64,000 bases of DNA from the human T2T-CHM13v2.0 reference genome, Homo sapiens: NCBI RefSeq assembly GCF_009914755.1, contig NC_060947.1, one strand, 5' to 3'. The translations under genes and the position numbers were made by a program. Position 1 is the first letter of the stretch; each line of letters begins with the position of its first letter. Shown here piece by piece: positions 1 to 40,182 of the stretch. Below the pieces are notes generated by a model. It had not been told where the DNA came from, ran no database searches, and saw only the letters and a program-made list of their open reading frames with translations.

Positions 1-89
1 CTGCCTACCACACAGGGGGAAGTATGCTCCATAGATGGGGGAACTATAGTATTCTCCAGTATTTTCTTCTAAAGATTTTGAAGTTGTCA

Positions 90-650
90 CTGCCCTGCAG
101 CCAAAGACCACCAGTAAGAGACCTGAATTGAGTATGGACACACTTGAACAAGTTGGGTTTATTACTCATTGTAGCAAGGGAGGACATATCATGAGCAATC
201 AAGGGGTTTCTCAGTAAGATCATGTTAGAAGGAAACTCTTATTTGACTTTGGTTTGGTGATTTGGAGGAGGGTCTAAGATAGTCGTGGTTTAGTCTAGGT
301 TGAATGCTATCAGAAAGCAGGGACAGTTCTATGATTGTATATCTCAATAAATCTTATCTATAGGGAGGGGAAAATATTGTGAAGATAAAGTTGAAATTGG
401 TAAAGAAGTAACAGTCACTTATTTTGGGCCAGAGAGGGGTCATTTGGTATATTGTGGGTGGCACAGTGCTTAGACAAAATTATGAAGTGACCTTGATTTG
501 TCTCATTTTTTTTTCATGGTCTCAGAATAAACTTGTTTGAGGTTGATATTCTGTGAGATTGTTTATGTCTAAATAGGAGAATAACATAGCCTACCTCTGA
601 GTGTTAAGCCAGTTTCTGAATATCAGGGGCTGCTATTTTTTGTTTCTTTT
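90..650. mobile_element. Old ERV LTR-like element, family not assigned
   Basis: Resembles reverse-oriented ERV LTR sequence (gggtttattactcattgtagc...); by eye only. Confidence 0.4.
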
Positions 651-691
651 TCAAAGTTTTGCCTGTATTTTTAAGTGATTAAGAAGCCTAG

Positions 692-1258
<567 letters not shown>

Positions 1259-1270
<12 letters not shown>

Positions 1271-1352
1271 GAAAAGAAAAGAAAAAGAAAGAAGGAAGGA
1301 AGGAAGGAAAGAAAGAAAGGAAGAAAGAGAAAGAAAGAAAGAAAGAAAGAAA
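1259..1352 (+). repeat. (GAAA)n/(GGAA)n purine microsatellite from an Alu tail
   Basis: Direct reading. Confidence 0.9.
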
Positions 1353-2047
1353 TGAAAACAGGAGAATGATTGAATTACCTAGATATCTGGCTCCATAATA
1401 AATGTTTACGTAGTACTTTTAAATAATGAAGGACTAAATGGGGAGGGGACAAAACATCATAGAAAAGGTTACAAGAATAGTTTTAGACAGATGTAGGTCA
1501 AATATAAAGAATCTGAATTTGCTGTAAGTTGCCATTTAGATAGCTTGAAATTTAGTCTATGTTCTTGGATTTCTAAAAATCTTTTGTTTTTGTTTTTTTA
1601 AAAAAATCATTTTATTTTTTAACTACTTTATTGAAGTGTAATTGACACACAAAAAGCTATACATATTTAATGTGTACAACTTGATTAATTTGGAGGTAAG
1701 TATACACCTGTGAAGCCACTACTGCAATCTATGCCATAAACCTATCCGTCATCTCCAAAACCTTCCTCCACTCACCCTCTTTATAATGTTTGTTTATTTA
1801 TTTTTATGTATTTTATCTTGATTTTTAGTAAAGACGAATTCAACCTGGGAGGCGGAGGTTTCAGTGAGCCGAGATCGCGCCACTGCACTCCAGCCTGGGC
1901 GAAAGAGCAAGACTCCGTCTCAAAAAAAAAAAAAAAAAAAGCCAGGCACTGTTCTAAGTATGTCATACAGACTAATTTATGTGTATCTCACAATAACCTA
2001 TGTTCACTTTATAAATTAGGAAACTGGTGCACAGAGAGGGGAAGTTA

Positions 2048-2618
<571 letters not shown>

Positions 2619-2914
2619 TCACAGTTGTATATTCAACTGCCTGCTGGAACTTTCCACATGGATGTCTCATAGGCTTCCCTAATTTAGCATGTCTAAAATA
2701 GAGTCCTGATCTTCCCACTACCACAAACCTATTCTTCCTTCAGTCTTACCCAGCTAGGTTAGTGGCAACTCCATCCTTTCAGTTGTTTGAACTAAAACCC
2801 TAAGAGTCATCCTTAATACTTCTCTTTCCTTTGGATTCAAGTCTGTTATTAAAACCTCTTACCCTCATCTCCAAAATATATTCTAAGTCTGTCCACTTCT
2901 CACCATCTGCACTA

Positions 2915-4863
<1,949 letters not shown>

Positions 4864-5129
4864 CCAGAATGTTGAGCCATTCAAAATCGGTGGGGCATCA
4901 GGGTGGTAGTTTGGGTGGTTTATGAGATGAGGATGGTGAAATCCACAGTGGGTAAATCACAAAGAAATGTAAATGCCGGGCTGAACAACTTGGGTATTTA
5001 TCCTGTGGGAGAGGGAGAGTCATCGAAAAGGTTTTGCATTTTTTTTTCCAGTTTCATTCCACAGATGAAAATGGAAAGGTTTTAATCAGGGGAGTGACCT
5101 GGTAAATTTGTGTGTTACAAAGATTCAGC

Positions 5130-5340
5130 TGTGTCAGTGATTTTTTTGGAGCTGGCTTCTACCAACTCCCAAGAAAGACATTTGTTAAAATGTCAGGAAT
5201 TTTGCAAGCTAACTGACATCGTATTAGTGGCTTGAAATTGGTATAATGGGAATATTTACACCATGGAAATCAGCAAATGCTACAAATTGAGTTTCTTTTT
5301 TTCTAGAGAGTCTGTTAAACATTTACCAGGACACAGCTGG
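5130..5340. mobile_element. MER63-like hAT DNA transposon
   Basis: Resembles MER63 core (aggaattttgcaagc...gggaatatttacaccatggaaatc...taaacatttaccag). Confidence 0.6.
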
Positions 5341-5639
5341 CAGTGGCCATTGTAGCAGGTGGACTGGAAGAGGAAATTGGAGAGAGGCAAATGCAATAAT
5401 CAAGGAGGGGTAGAGGCCATGCACCGTGGCTGACACCCATAATCCCAGCACTTTGGGAGGCCAAAGTGGAAGGATCACTTGAGCCTAGAAGTGCCTGTAG
5501 TCCCATCTACTTGGGAGGCTGAGGCAGGATGATTGCTTGAGCCCAGGAGCTCAAGGCTGCATGCAGTGAGCTATGATTGCACCACTGCATTTAGGCCTCA
5601 GTGACAGAATGAGACCCTATCTCTATTACAGTAAAAAAG

Positions 5640-7200
<1,561 letters not shown>

Positions 7201-7634
7201 ATGGAAAAAAAGAGACAGAATTAAATAAAAGGGTCTTGTGGAAACAGCTAAATTAAATATCATTGTCCTCCAGGCAAGATGCTCCATGATGTGCCAAATA
7301 GGGTAAGGACACAAGATGCCAAATAGGGTAAGGAATGGTCCAGAAACCTGTGAACTCTGCAGAGATGGCAAAATGGATATCATAAGCAAGCCTCAATAGT
7401 GTAAATGTGGAAGTTATTGGGATGAAGACGGGACCACCATCCTTCAACAAGAAACAGCCTAAAAACACTGATGTATGTACCACAGACTGTTCTAAGTCAT
7501 TTACAAGATTAAAATAATGGTATCTCTATAATAGCCTTATGAGGAAGGTGCTATTATTATTCCCATGTGGTACCATGTCTAGGTTGATGATGAGACCACT
7601 AACTAAGGAGTATGATTGTTTTAGTTTTCTTTCT

Positions 7635-8352
<718 letters not shown>

Positions 8353-8454
8353 ATGATTGAGCGAATCAGTTTAATTCTGGGTCCCTGAGATTCAGGATTT
8401 TTTTAAATTTCTTTTTTTTCTTTCTCCTTTCTTTTCATTTTAAAAACATTTTCT

Positions 8455-9436
<982 letters not shown>

Positions 9437-10237
9437 TAAATGATTTTTTAACTGAAAAAGCTTTAAAGAAAAATTCCCCCAGAAGAGATTCATCTTCAAC
9501 TTGGTGGGAGATGGACTCTATAGCCTCCTTGCTTCCCACAAAAGGACATAAATATTACTTAACTTTACATTTTATTAGGTATTTAAGTAAAAACATAAGT
9601 AAATAAATGTATATACTACTTGACCAGTTTTAACACTCAGTGTGGCTTTGGCTTTGCATTTTCTGCAAGGATGGCCATACCAGCCAATACCTTTAAACAT
9701 CCCCCCTTCCACTTCCTCATGGAAATTGTCAAGTGGTTGCTTCAGACTGAGGCTCCCACTTCATCGCCTAAAAACATGACAGTTGTTCTTTTTGGGGGCT
9801 ATCCAATTTCATACTTTCCACTGTGTGCAGTCTTGGCAAGAGGGGAATTCCTAACACCTGCTTCACACTGCAGGCTCCCATTACAAAAACTGAAGGGGCC
9901 AGATCTTTTCTTTACCTGATCCCTGGTATAGACATGGTATGGGCACTTGACCCAAATTTGGCTCACTCTTAGGACTTTGATGCAATGATGGAAGAAATTT
10001 TGGAAGTAAGACTGTTCCCTGAAATTTCAATGATATCACAAATACTTTTTCCTTCCCATTCCTCCAGATAAAGAATCAAAAGAACTTGTGCTCTGGGCTC
10101 TATTGTGGGCCTCATAGAACCTAGGATATCCTAAGTCTGTTCCCTAAGTATCAGCTTTATTCCCCAGTGTGTGTGAGTCTATTATAGGGGACCCCTAGCC
10201 GAGGCTGCACTTCTGGTTATCAGAGAAAAGTCATAGA

Positions 10238-11250
<1,013 letters not shown>

Positions 11251-11354
11251 TTGCTTTAAGTGCTGTTTGTCTATCATTGTGTGACTTTGAAAAGGTGCTT
11301 CCTCTGGGTGGACATAGCCCCATGGCACTTGGCTTGGAAAGAAGGGCCCTTGTC

Positions 11355-11665
11355 ACCGGGCACAGTGGCTCATGCCTGTAATCCCAGCCCTTTGGGAGGC
11401 TGAGGCGGGCGGATCACGAAGTCAGGAGTTCAAGACCAGCCTGGCCAATATGGTGAAACCCCATCTCTACTAAAAATACAAAAAAAAAAAAATTAGCTGG
11501 GCGTGGTGGTGCGCACCTGTAATCCCAGCTACTTGGGAGGCTGAGGCAGAAGAATTGCTTGAACCAGGGAGTCAGAGGTTGTAGTGAGCCAAGATTGTGC
11601 TACTGCACTCCAGCCTGGCGACAGAGCAAGACTCCGTCTCAAAAAAAAAAAAAAAAAAAAGAAAA
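11355..11665 (+). mobile_element. AluS
   Basis: Consensus; TSD aagggcccttgtc. Confidence 0.9.
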
Positions 11666-12689
11666 AAGAAAGGGCCCTTGTCTAAAGAGAAAGATGCCTC
11701 TTCCTCCTGCAGGTGTAGCCCCACACCAGGGTTCATGGCTTGGCACTAGAGTACAGGCTGGATTTCAGCCCCTACTGGGCCCCTTAGCCAGATGTCCTTG
11801 TGCAATGCACAAACCACAGAACTGTCTGCGGCCTCGATCAAAGAGACTGGTAGAAGGCTGTTTTGGCAATGCAGATGAGAGATGATGATGGCTTGGATCA
11901 GGGTGGTAGTGGGGTGGAGGGAGGCAAATGCACAAGGGAAATGCTGAGAATATCCTTAGCCCTGAGTTTCAGTCCTAGCTCTGGGAAGAATGGAGTGTTA
12001 TTGCTTCTCTAAGAACAGCTGTAACATCCACCAAACATGTGGGTTCAGACTCATTCTGGCCCTAAGCAATTCCCCAAAGGGAGAAGTTAGGGTGGTTACT
12101 CTGGGAATTGTGGGGAGGGTTTCTCTCCTCATGGAAAGATGCCATAGCCCCCAGAAAGCTTTGGCTCCCAGGAAGGTTGGCAGCCAATAGGCTGTGCTCT
12201 CAAGGGAGTCCAGGAGCAGTTGTGCTTCTGTGTAAATTGTGCAATATGAGGATATTAATTTGTCATAATGATCGAATATATGTTCCAAGCAGCTAGATTG
12301 GGCTTGGCAGTTAGTGGACACACAGAATTCTTCAGCCCTAGCCCTAGTTCCTCCATGGACTCACTGAGGAATCTTAGACAAATCGTTTCCCCTTTCTGAG
12401 ACATAGTTTCTTCATTTGTACCATGTGAGTAATATTCCCTGCAAATAAAAGGTTTTTGGAGCAAATGGAATGAAACCGTGGATGTGAGGGAAACTATTGG
12501 AAAGCTGGCCATATAATTGCGGGTATCGTGATGTTGCAGTGCCTCTTTCTCTCCTAACTGTCCCCTTAGTCCAGTTCTCATCCTTTTTGCCAGGACTTCT
12601 AGAAGAGCTCCCAGCTGGTTGCCCTGCCTTTGGTCTCCTTGTTGGCTCACCTGGTCTTCCTGAACCTTAAATTTCCTGAAAAAAACCTT

Positions 12690-13325
<636 letters not shown>

Positions 13326-14919
13326 AGCCCCCAGATTTATAAGGGGAGGCAACAGCTAGGTGCATTGCAAGGATGTGGACAGAACAGAAATGATGTTGTC
13401 CTAAGAAAGGTTAGTTGGGTGGTACTCAGACCACTGTGATCCTTCCCCAGGAGGGTTAGAGGAGACTGTTCCATCCACTTTTCTTTCCCCTTTCTTTTCT
13501 TCTTTTTTCTTCTGTTTCTCCTTCCCTTTGTTTTTCTTTGTCCTTTCCTCCTTCCTCGCCACCCTCTGTGCTGTCCCCTTTCTCTCTCTCTGTGATGCAG
13601 ATTACTGCTTTGCTGTCTCTCTTCTCCCTCCCTTTGATGGGTTGGTCTTTGGGTCTGCCTGCTCCTGTCCTCTCTTGTCCCCCTGACCCCCTGCCCTGCC
13701 TCCAGTGCCCTATGGTTCCATGTCCTCCTCATTCCCACTCTACCTTTCCTCCCGCACCCCACGTTTACGGATGAGCAACCTCTCAGAGTCTGGAAGTCCC
13801 GCAGCTGTTCTGAGACGCTGGGGCCTCCCACCACTGGGGCCGGAAAAAGGCCGACCCTCTGGAGGGGCCAAGGGGGAGGGGTAGCAGGAAAAAGGGGCGT
13901 TACACTTGCAGCTTTCTTTTTGGCCATTCATTTTGGAGGGGAAAAGTGAAACAAAGGAATTTAAAACTTCCTCTTTTGTCCTGCCCTAGATGCAACTAAT
14001 GATGGTCTAAGAGCTTAGTTTGCCTTTCTAGGAATGAAAACTCTTCTAAGAAACCGCATCTTTTAAACACTTGGTTTGCCGTGGACCACAGCATCTGATA
14101 AGACAATGAAAACAGAAAAGCTTTTAAAGCCAACTTAACCCACACATAAATGTGATTCTAATGAAGAATCAATAGTCTGGTGGATCATTTTTCCTGCGAC
14201 TCCTTGGAGAAGCTTAAAGAGGCTTTCAATCAGCGGGGTAGGTGGTGAATAAAATGTTCTTTTTGAAATAGATAAAGTTGATTTAAAGATGAAGATTAAG
14301 TAAATAATAGCCAAGGTGGCACTTGGTCTTGGAAAACATTCTAAGGTGGTTCTTCACTGGCTGTTAGTTAGGAAACACTGGTCTAATGAAATCAATATGT
14401 AATGTGAGGGGGACAAATGCCTGCACAGATTCATCAGAACTATAAACACATCTGAAGGAAGAATAGTTCCACAAACAAGTGTGGCCAGCCTTGATTTTTA
14501 AAATTATTTTTTATTTTTGGTAGAGATGGTGTCTCGCTATGTTGCCCAGGCTGGTCTGGAACACCTAGGCTCAAGTCACTCTCCCACTTTGGCTTCTCAA
14601 AGTGCTGGGATTACAGGCATGAGCCTCTGCTCCCAACTGTGCCCAGCCTTGAAAAGGAGAGACACTGAATCAGTAGAGTGTGGATAGGCCTGTCCAGGCG
14701 AGAGGGATTTGATAACATTGCTTGTTCATTGTTGTTTGCCCAGACTCACTTCTCCCTTTTCCTAATTGTACCGTGGTTGCCTTTGTAGAATTCTTTCTGA
14801 CCCCACTGTAGCAGGCCTTGTAAGTTACTCCCTTCTTCTAAGCTGTCAGCATCCTGCTTTGGTTCCAGTGTCCACTCTTTCCCTGTGGGATTCAGAACTG
14901 AGTCCTAATTGATTTAAGC

Positions 14920-17425
<2,506 letters not shown>

Positions 17426-18114
17426 AGACTCTTCATCTCTCTTGGCTCTGTTCCTCTACTCAACCAGGGAGCCACTCCATAATTAATTAAATGGCATATG
17501 CTTTGTGGAGTAATCAAGTGTACAGTTTGCTCATGTGGCCCAGCTCTGAGTTGAATCAGCTCTGTGTGTTCTTCAAAGTCAGGTTTCTGGATCCACAAGG
17601 CTGAGGCTCACAGGCTCTGGATTATAGAATGTGAGGAGCTTGAACCAGCAATAAGTAGGTCATCTATTCAGACAGTCAGCAAATGTTTACTGAGTATCTA
17701 ACTGTTCTAACAGAATATAGCAGTAAACAAAATAGACACAGTCCCTGTCTTTGTGGAACTGACATTCTAGTTGGAGATATAAACATTAAATAATCAATTG
17801 TACAAGTATTTAACTGCAATAAATGCTAGGAAGAAAAAGTACAGGATACCATGATGATGTACAGTTGGGCCCCAAGCTGGTCTTTAGTGTCAGGAAAGGT
17901 TTGCCCTGAGAAAGGGACATTCGACATTAGGCAAAAGGGTGGGAGGAGCATTCGAGGCAGAAAGAACATCTTATCAAGGTCCAGAGGTGAACAATACGCC
18001 CAGGGGAACAGATTGTTCCCTGATTGTTGGGGAACAAAGTGAGGGGGAGGAGGTCAAATGAGGCTAGAGAGGTGGCAAGGGCCAGAAGTGGCTTTGTAGG
18101 TCAGCCCTTCTTTA

Positions 18115-19077
<963 letters not shown>

Positions 19078-19202
19078 TGATTAACAAGGTGGTAGGCCAT
19101 GCTAAGAATCTCAGGATGAGATTTTGAAACCTTAATCTTTGTGCTGTCCTTTTCTGCCTTACCTTTCCTGGTTCTTCAATCAGGAAACAAGGGCATCCAT
19201 GT

Positions 19203-20370
<1,168 letters not shown>

Positions 20371-20518
20371 CACTGTTGCTTCTACAAAAAGGATTGTTAG
20401 AGAAGGAATGTAAGAGAAAGATGTAGATAATGTTCAGCTTTTGTTTTGTTTTGCTTCTAACTTAGGCTTTTGAACAAAGTCGTTGCACAAAATGTACTTT
20501 GTGCAAAAGAGAAATCCT

Positions 20519-21055
20519 GGCCAGGCACAGTGGCTCACAGCTGTAATCCCAGCACTTTGGGAGGCCAAGGCGAGTGGATCACTTGAGCTCAAGGGTTCGA
20601 GACCAGCCTGGCCAACACGGTGAAACCCCATCTCTACTAAAAATACAAAAATTAGTAGGGCATGGTGGCCACCGCGCCTGGCCCAGTTACATATTTTGTA
20701 ATTCTCCGAATTAAATGAAAACTGGTTTGAGCCTTCACAGGCCAGAGTAGCAATAAGTTTAGTACCACTTTCTGGCCGGGCGTGGTGGCTCCCGCCTGTA
20801 ATCCCAGGACTTTGGGAGGCCGAGGCAGGCGGATCACGAGGTCAGGAGATCGAGACCATCCTGGCTAACACGGTGAAACCCTGTCTCTACTAAAAATACC
20901 AAAAAAAAAATTAGCTGGGCGTGGTGGTGGGCACCTGTAGTCCTAGCTGCTCAGGAGGCTGAGGCAGGAGAATGGCGTGAACTGGGAGGCAAAGATCGCG
21001 CCACTGCACTCCAGCCTGGGTGACAGAGTGAGACTCCATCTCAAAAAAAAAAAAA
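20519..21055 (+). mobile_element. Truncated Alu with an inverted end (20519-20683) and AluY-like (20774-21055)
   Basis: Alu consensus; TSD aagtttagt(a/g)ccacttt flanks the second copy. Confidence 0.85.
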
Positions 21056-21709
21056 GTTTAGTGCCACTTTCTTTGGCTCTTCTCTTCCTCTGGTTTATCC
21101 AGGAATTTACACAATCTGCAAAGGAGGTCGCCTTGATGTCTAAGCCTCAGCGCTGCGCGGGGCGGTGGGGTCAGGGGTCGGGGGTGGGGGGTGGGGTAAG
21201 GCCTCCACTGCTATGCCTGCCGTTTTGCCTCATTGCCACAAAGTGTCGCTATGGAACACCAGTCCGCTTCTATCTGGTACTGCTGGTCTACTACTGAGCA
21301 ACGCTTTGCCTGACCCCCACCTTCCAGTACCGATCAGTGAGGTCCTTCATAGGTTCCCCAAGAAAGTGAAGTTCAGGGGTTTAAAACGGAAGGCCTCTAA
21401 ATCCTTGGGATGAATGACCCTGAGTGACCAGTCTTTCTGGGCATATGCTCAGCTCTTCTCAGAGATCTCACTGTCTCAAAGGCACTAGGTTCAGATTAAG
21501 GTAATTGTTTGCCCATCATAGAACCTCCCTCTTTCCATTCCCTAGGGATTCATCAAACAAAACAAAAGCAGACTTAACATCTCTGTGAGGGTTAATCTAC
21601 ATGAAGCCCCCGGTTCTCAGAGATGGAATGAATGCCTGGGGACACGGGCATCATTGTGGATGAGGCCAGCAGCTGAGAATTTCAAGAACTGTTGAGCTCT
21701 TATTTCTCA

Positions 21710-22990
<1,281 letters not shown>

Positions 22991-23360
22991 CCACATAGTA
23001 ATTTAATACATCCACTCATAGAGAGCAAAACTTGAACCTGTAACACTTCATTAATTAGAATTCAGCATGTTATTCTGGGAGGCTTCCCTCCAAATCATTC
23101 TGGCAAGATTAGCAGAAGTCCAGCCCAGCCTCATCTCCATATTTGTAACTGTGGGGTTTGGTCAGGATTCTTTGTCTGCAAGTAACAGAAAGTGGCCCTG
23201 TCTACCTTAAGGAAGAAGGGAATTATTTCAAGGCTGTGAGGAGAACTCACAAGATTAAAAGGAAGGCTGGACAGACAGAAGCCATTCAACTACCAAGGGA
23301 ACTTGATAATAGCGAGACTTATTAATGAGTTTTCCCAGACACCACTCCTGAAATGAATGA

Positions 23361-25135
<1,775 letters not shown>

Positions 25136-25203
25136 AGGTCCCACCACCTTTTAACTAACTGCCCCTCAGTCCCCTCATGTCCTCACTTCTCTCCTTACCC
25201 AGC

Positions 25204-34250
<9,047 letters not shown>

Positions 34251-34559
34251 TGCTCTTATTATCATCACACACCATGTTGCTTCCTGCCTCTGTGTATTTG
34301 CACACATTTTTCCCCTGCACAGAAGGCTCTTTCCTCCTTTCAGTAACACCTTCCACCCCCATACACACACACTCCCCCATCACCCAGCAAAATTCTACTC
34401 AAACTTTAAGAATCAGCTCACGTGTCATCTCCTCCGAGAGGCCTGCCACAGCCCCCAGGGCTGGGTCAGGGACCCTCTGCTGAACTCCCATGAGTCCCTG
34501 TGCTCCTTTCTCCCTGGGCATTGCACAGAGATAGATTTATCGTAGAACAAATCAATCTT

Positions 34560-35200
<641 letters not shown>

Positions 35201-35259
35201 TTTCATCAATAAATCAACAAATAAGTAAAGTGTACAATTCAATGGCTTTTAGTATAGTT

Positions 35260-35832
35260 TCTTCTGATTTGCTCCTTGGCTTTCTCCTTAGCTTTCTCAC
35301 TGTGTGTTCACATAGTTGTCCCTGTGTGTACACCTCTCTGGTGTCCCTCTTTGCCTGTGTCCTCATCTCCTCTTATTATTATATTTTGTTGTTTTTTGTT
35401 TTTGAGACAGGGCTTGTTCTGTCACTCATGCTGGAGTGCAGTGGTACAATCATGGCTCACGGCAGCCTCAACCTCCTGGACTCAAGTGATCCTCCCTCCT
35501 CAGTCTCCTGAGTAGCTGGGACTACAGCCATCACACTCAGCTAATTAAAAAAAAAATTTTTTTGTAGAGATGGGGGGTCTTGCTTTGTTGCCCAGGATGG
35601 TCTCGAACTCCTGGCCTCAAGTGATCTGAGCCATTGCACCGAGTTCTAATCTCCCCTTCTTTATAAGGACATCAGTCATAACGGATTAGGGCCCACCCAT
35701 GCAACCTCATTTTATCTTAATTACCTTTTTAAAGGCTCTATCTCCCAATACAGTCACATTCTGAGGTACTGGGGGTTAGGGTTTCTACATATGAATTTGG
35801 GGGGTGGTGGATACAATTTAGCTCATAACAGC
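35260..35832. mobile_element. MLT1A/MST-type MaLR LTR with an inserted AluJ
   Basis: ggattagggcccaccc...cagtcacattctgaggtactgggggttaggg...catatgaatttgggg. Confidence 0.7.
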
Positions 35833-36138
35833 AACCATTACCTCGTCTAATTTTTAGAACATTTTCGACACCCCCAAAAGTAGCCCTGAAGCCATTTAGA
35901 AGTCACACTCTATTCTTTCCCCATCCAAGCCCTGGGCAACCATTCATGTATTTTCTGTCTCTATAGATTTACCTATTCTGTATATTTCATATAAATGGTA
36001 TCATACAATATGTGGTCTTTTTTGACTGGTCGGTAATTATACGTCCTCTTTCGTTCCTGATTTCAGTAATTTGAGTCTTCTTTCTTTTATTTCTTCCTCA
36101 GTCTAGCTAAGGGTTTGTAAATTTTGTTGATCTTTTCA

Positions 36139-36859
<721 letters not shown>

Positions 36860-37079
36860 TCAATTCTCTATTTCATTTATTTCTGTTCTATTATTTATTA
36901 TTTCCTTTCTTATGCTTGCCTTGGGATTACTTTGCTCTTCTTTTTCTGGTTTTGTGAAGTGGAAGTGTAGGTTATTAATTTGATATCATTCTTTCATTTT
37001 TTATTTTTTTGAGACAGGGTCTTGCTCTGTCCCCCATGCTGGAGTGCAGTGGCACAATCACGGCTCACTGCAGCCTTGA

Positions 37080-37776
<697 letters not shown>

Positions 37777-38250
37777 TAAAATTGTTTTTAGAGATGGGGT
37801 CTCACTATGTTGCCCAGGCTGGTCTTGAACTCCTGAGCTCAAGCCATCCTCCCGCATCAACCTCCCAAAGTGCTATGATTACAGGCATGAGCCACCATGT
37901 CCGGCTCTTCTTTTTAGATATGCATGTTTACAGCTAAAGATTTCCCTCTAAGTTTTGCTTTAGCTGCATCTCATGCATTTTTTTATGTTTTTGTTTTCAT
38001 TCATTTAAAAGTGTTTTCTAATTTGCTTTGTGATTTTTTTCTTTGACCCATTTATTGCTTAGGAGTGTGTTAATTTCCATATATTTGTGAATTTTGTAAG
38101 TTTCTTTTTACTGATTTTTAACTTCTTTCCATTGTGGTCAGACAACATACTTTGTATGTTCAATCCTGTTAAATCTATGGAGGCCTACTGTATGGCCTAG
38201 TGTATGATCTGTTCTGGAGAATGTTCTTGTGTACTTCAGAAAAACATGTA

Positions 38251-38886
38251 CAGTTATCCCTGGGTATCCGTGGGAGACTGGTTCCACGACCTCCGGAGGA
38301 TACCAAAATTCATAGATGCTCAAGTCCCTGATATAAAATGGCATAGTATTTGCGTATAACCTATGAATATTCTACTGTATACTTTAAATCATTTCCAGAT
38401 GTGACTCACGCCTATAATCCCAGCAATTTGGGAGGCTGAGGCAAGTGGATTAAACCCAGGAGTTCGAGACCAGCCTGGGCAACATGGCGAAACCCTGTCT
38501 CTACTAAAAACACAAAAATTAGCTGGGAGTGGTGGTGGGCACCTGTAATCTCAGGTACTCGGGAGGCTGAGGCACGAGAATTGCTTGAAACCAGGAGACG
38601 GAGGTTGCAGTCAGCCGAGATGGCGCCACTGCACTCCAGCCTGGGCCACAGAGTGACACTCGGTCTCAAAAAAATAGATAAATAAATAATTTCCAGGTTA
38701 CTTATAATGCCTAATAAAGTGTAAATGCTATGTATATAGCTGTTATACTGTACTGTTTAGGAGAATAATGTCAAGAAAAAAAGTATACACATGTTCAATG
38801 CAGATGCAATTTTTTCCTGAATATTTTCCATCTGAGGTTAGTTGAATTCACGGACGTGGACTGCCCCCCATAGGGAGAGCTGATTG
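38251..38886. mobile_element. MER2 (Tigger family) DNA transposon with inserted Alu (38400-38690)
   Basis: ta|cagttatccctgggtatccgtggg...gatgctcaagtccctgatataaaatggc; TA flanks. Confidence 0.8.
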
Positions 38887-39100
38887 TATTTTACTGTTGT
38901 TGGTTGCAGTATTCTATACAGATGTTAGGATGCTTTTTTTAAATGCAGATTTTTAAGGCTATACTCACTGAGTCCTCTGCCCCAGGGCCTGGAATCTGTA
39001 TCTGTAATAAGTTCCCCACATATTTCCTCCGCAGTACCCACGGATCCGGAAACCATGGCCCCACACGTCCTTCAGGTCTGGTGTCCTTTGATTTAAGTGA

Positions 39101-39433
<333 letters not shown>

Positions 39434-39479
39434 TGAGGCTTGGCTAGGCGGCATAAGAGGAGTTGGCTGGGCGGCGTAA

Positions 39480-39641
<162 letters not shown>

Positions 39642-39904
39642 TGAATGTGAGGCGCCGCGACCCGCCTGTGTGGGGGTGTGGAGAGGAGGAGCCCCATCCC
39701 GCAGAGCCTGCATTTCCTCTCGAGCAGTTGTGGATTGGTACCTAAAGGTGAGGTGGAATGAATTCAGCTTTTAGAATCAGAATCCTGGATTCCAGTGCTT
39801 TACGGGCTGTACCACTGACTCGTGGGATTACTCTGGACAAGGCAGTTTACCTCCCTGAGACTCAGTTTCCTAGTTTCTAAAATGCGTATAAAAGTATCCA
39901 CCAG

Positions 39905-40182
39905 AGCGCTGTACAGTAGAAATATTATGCTAGTCACATATAATTTAAAATTTTTTAGTAGCCACTTTAATAAAGCAAAAAGCAGATGAAATCAATGTTA
40001 GTAAACTCGGTGTGTATGAAATATTTCAACATGTAGTCAGTATAAAACATTGAGATATTTTACATTTTTTAGTATTAAGTTTTCAAAATCTGGTATTTTA
40101 CAGTTTTAGCACATTTCGATTTGGCCTAGCCATATTTCAAGTGCTCAGTAACCACCTGTGGCTGTTTGGACAGCAAAGATCT
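39905..40182. mobile_element. MER33/MER3-like hAT-Charlie element in TSR2 intron 2
   Basis: gctgtacagtagaaat...catatttcaagtgctcagtaaccac...ttggacagca. Confidence 0.7.

Noticed and set aside
13337-13927. 196-aa R/K-rich minus-strand ORF
   Set aside because: Stays open because of the purine-rich low-complexity strand; no recognisable domain
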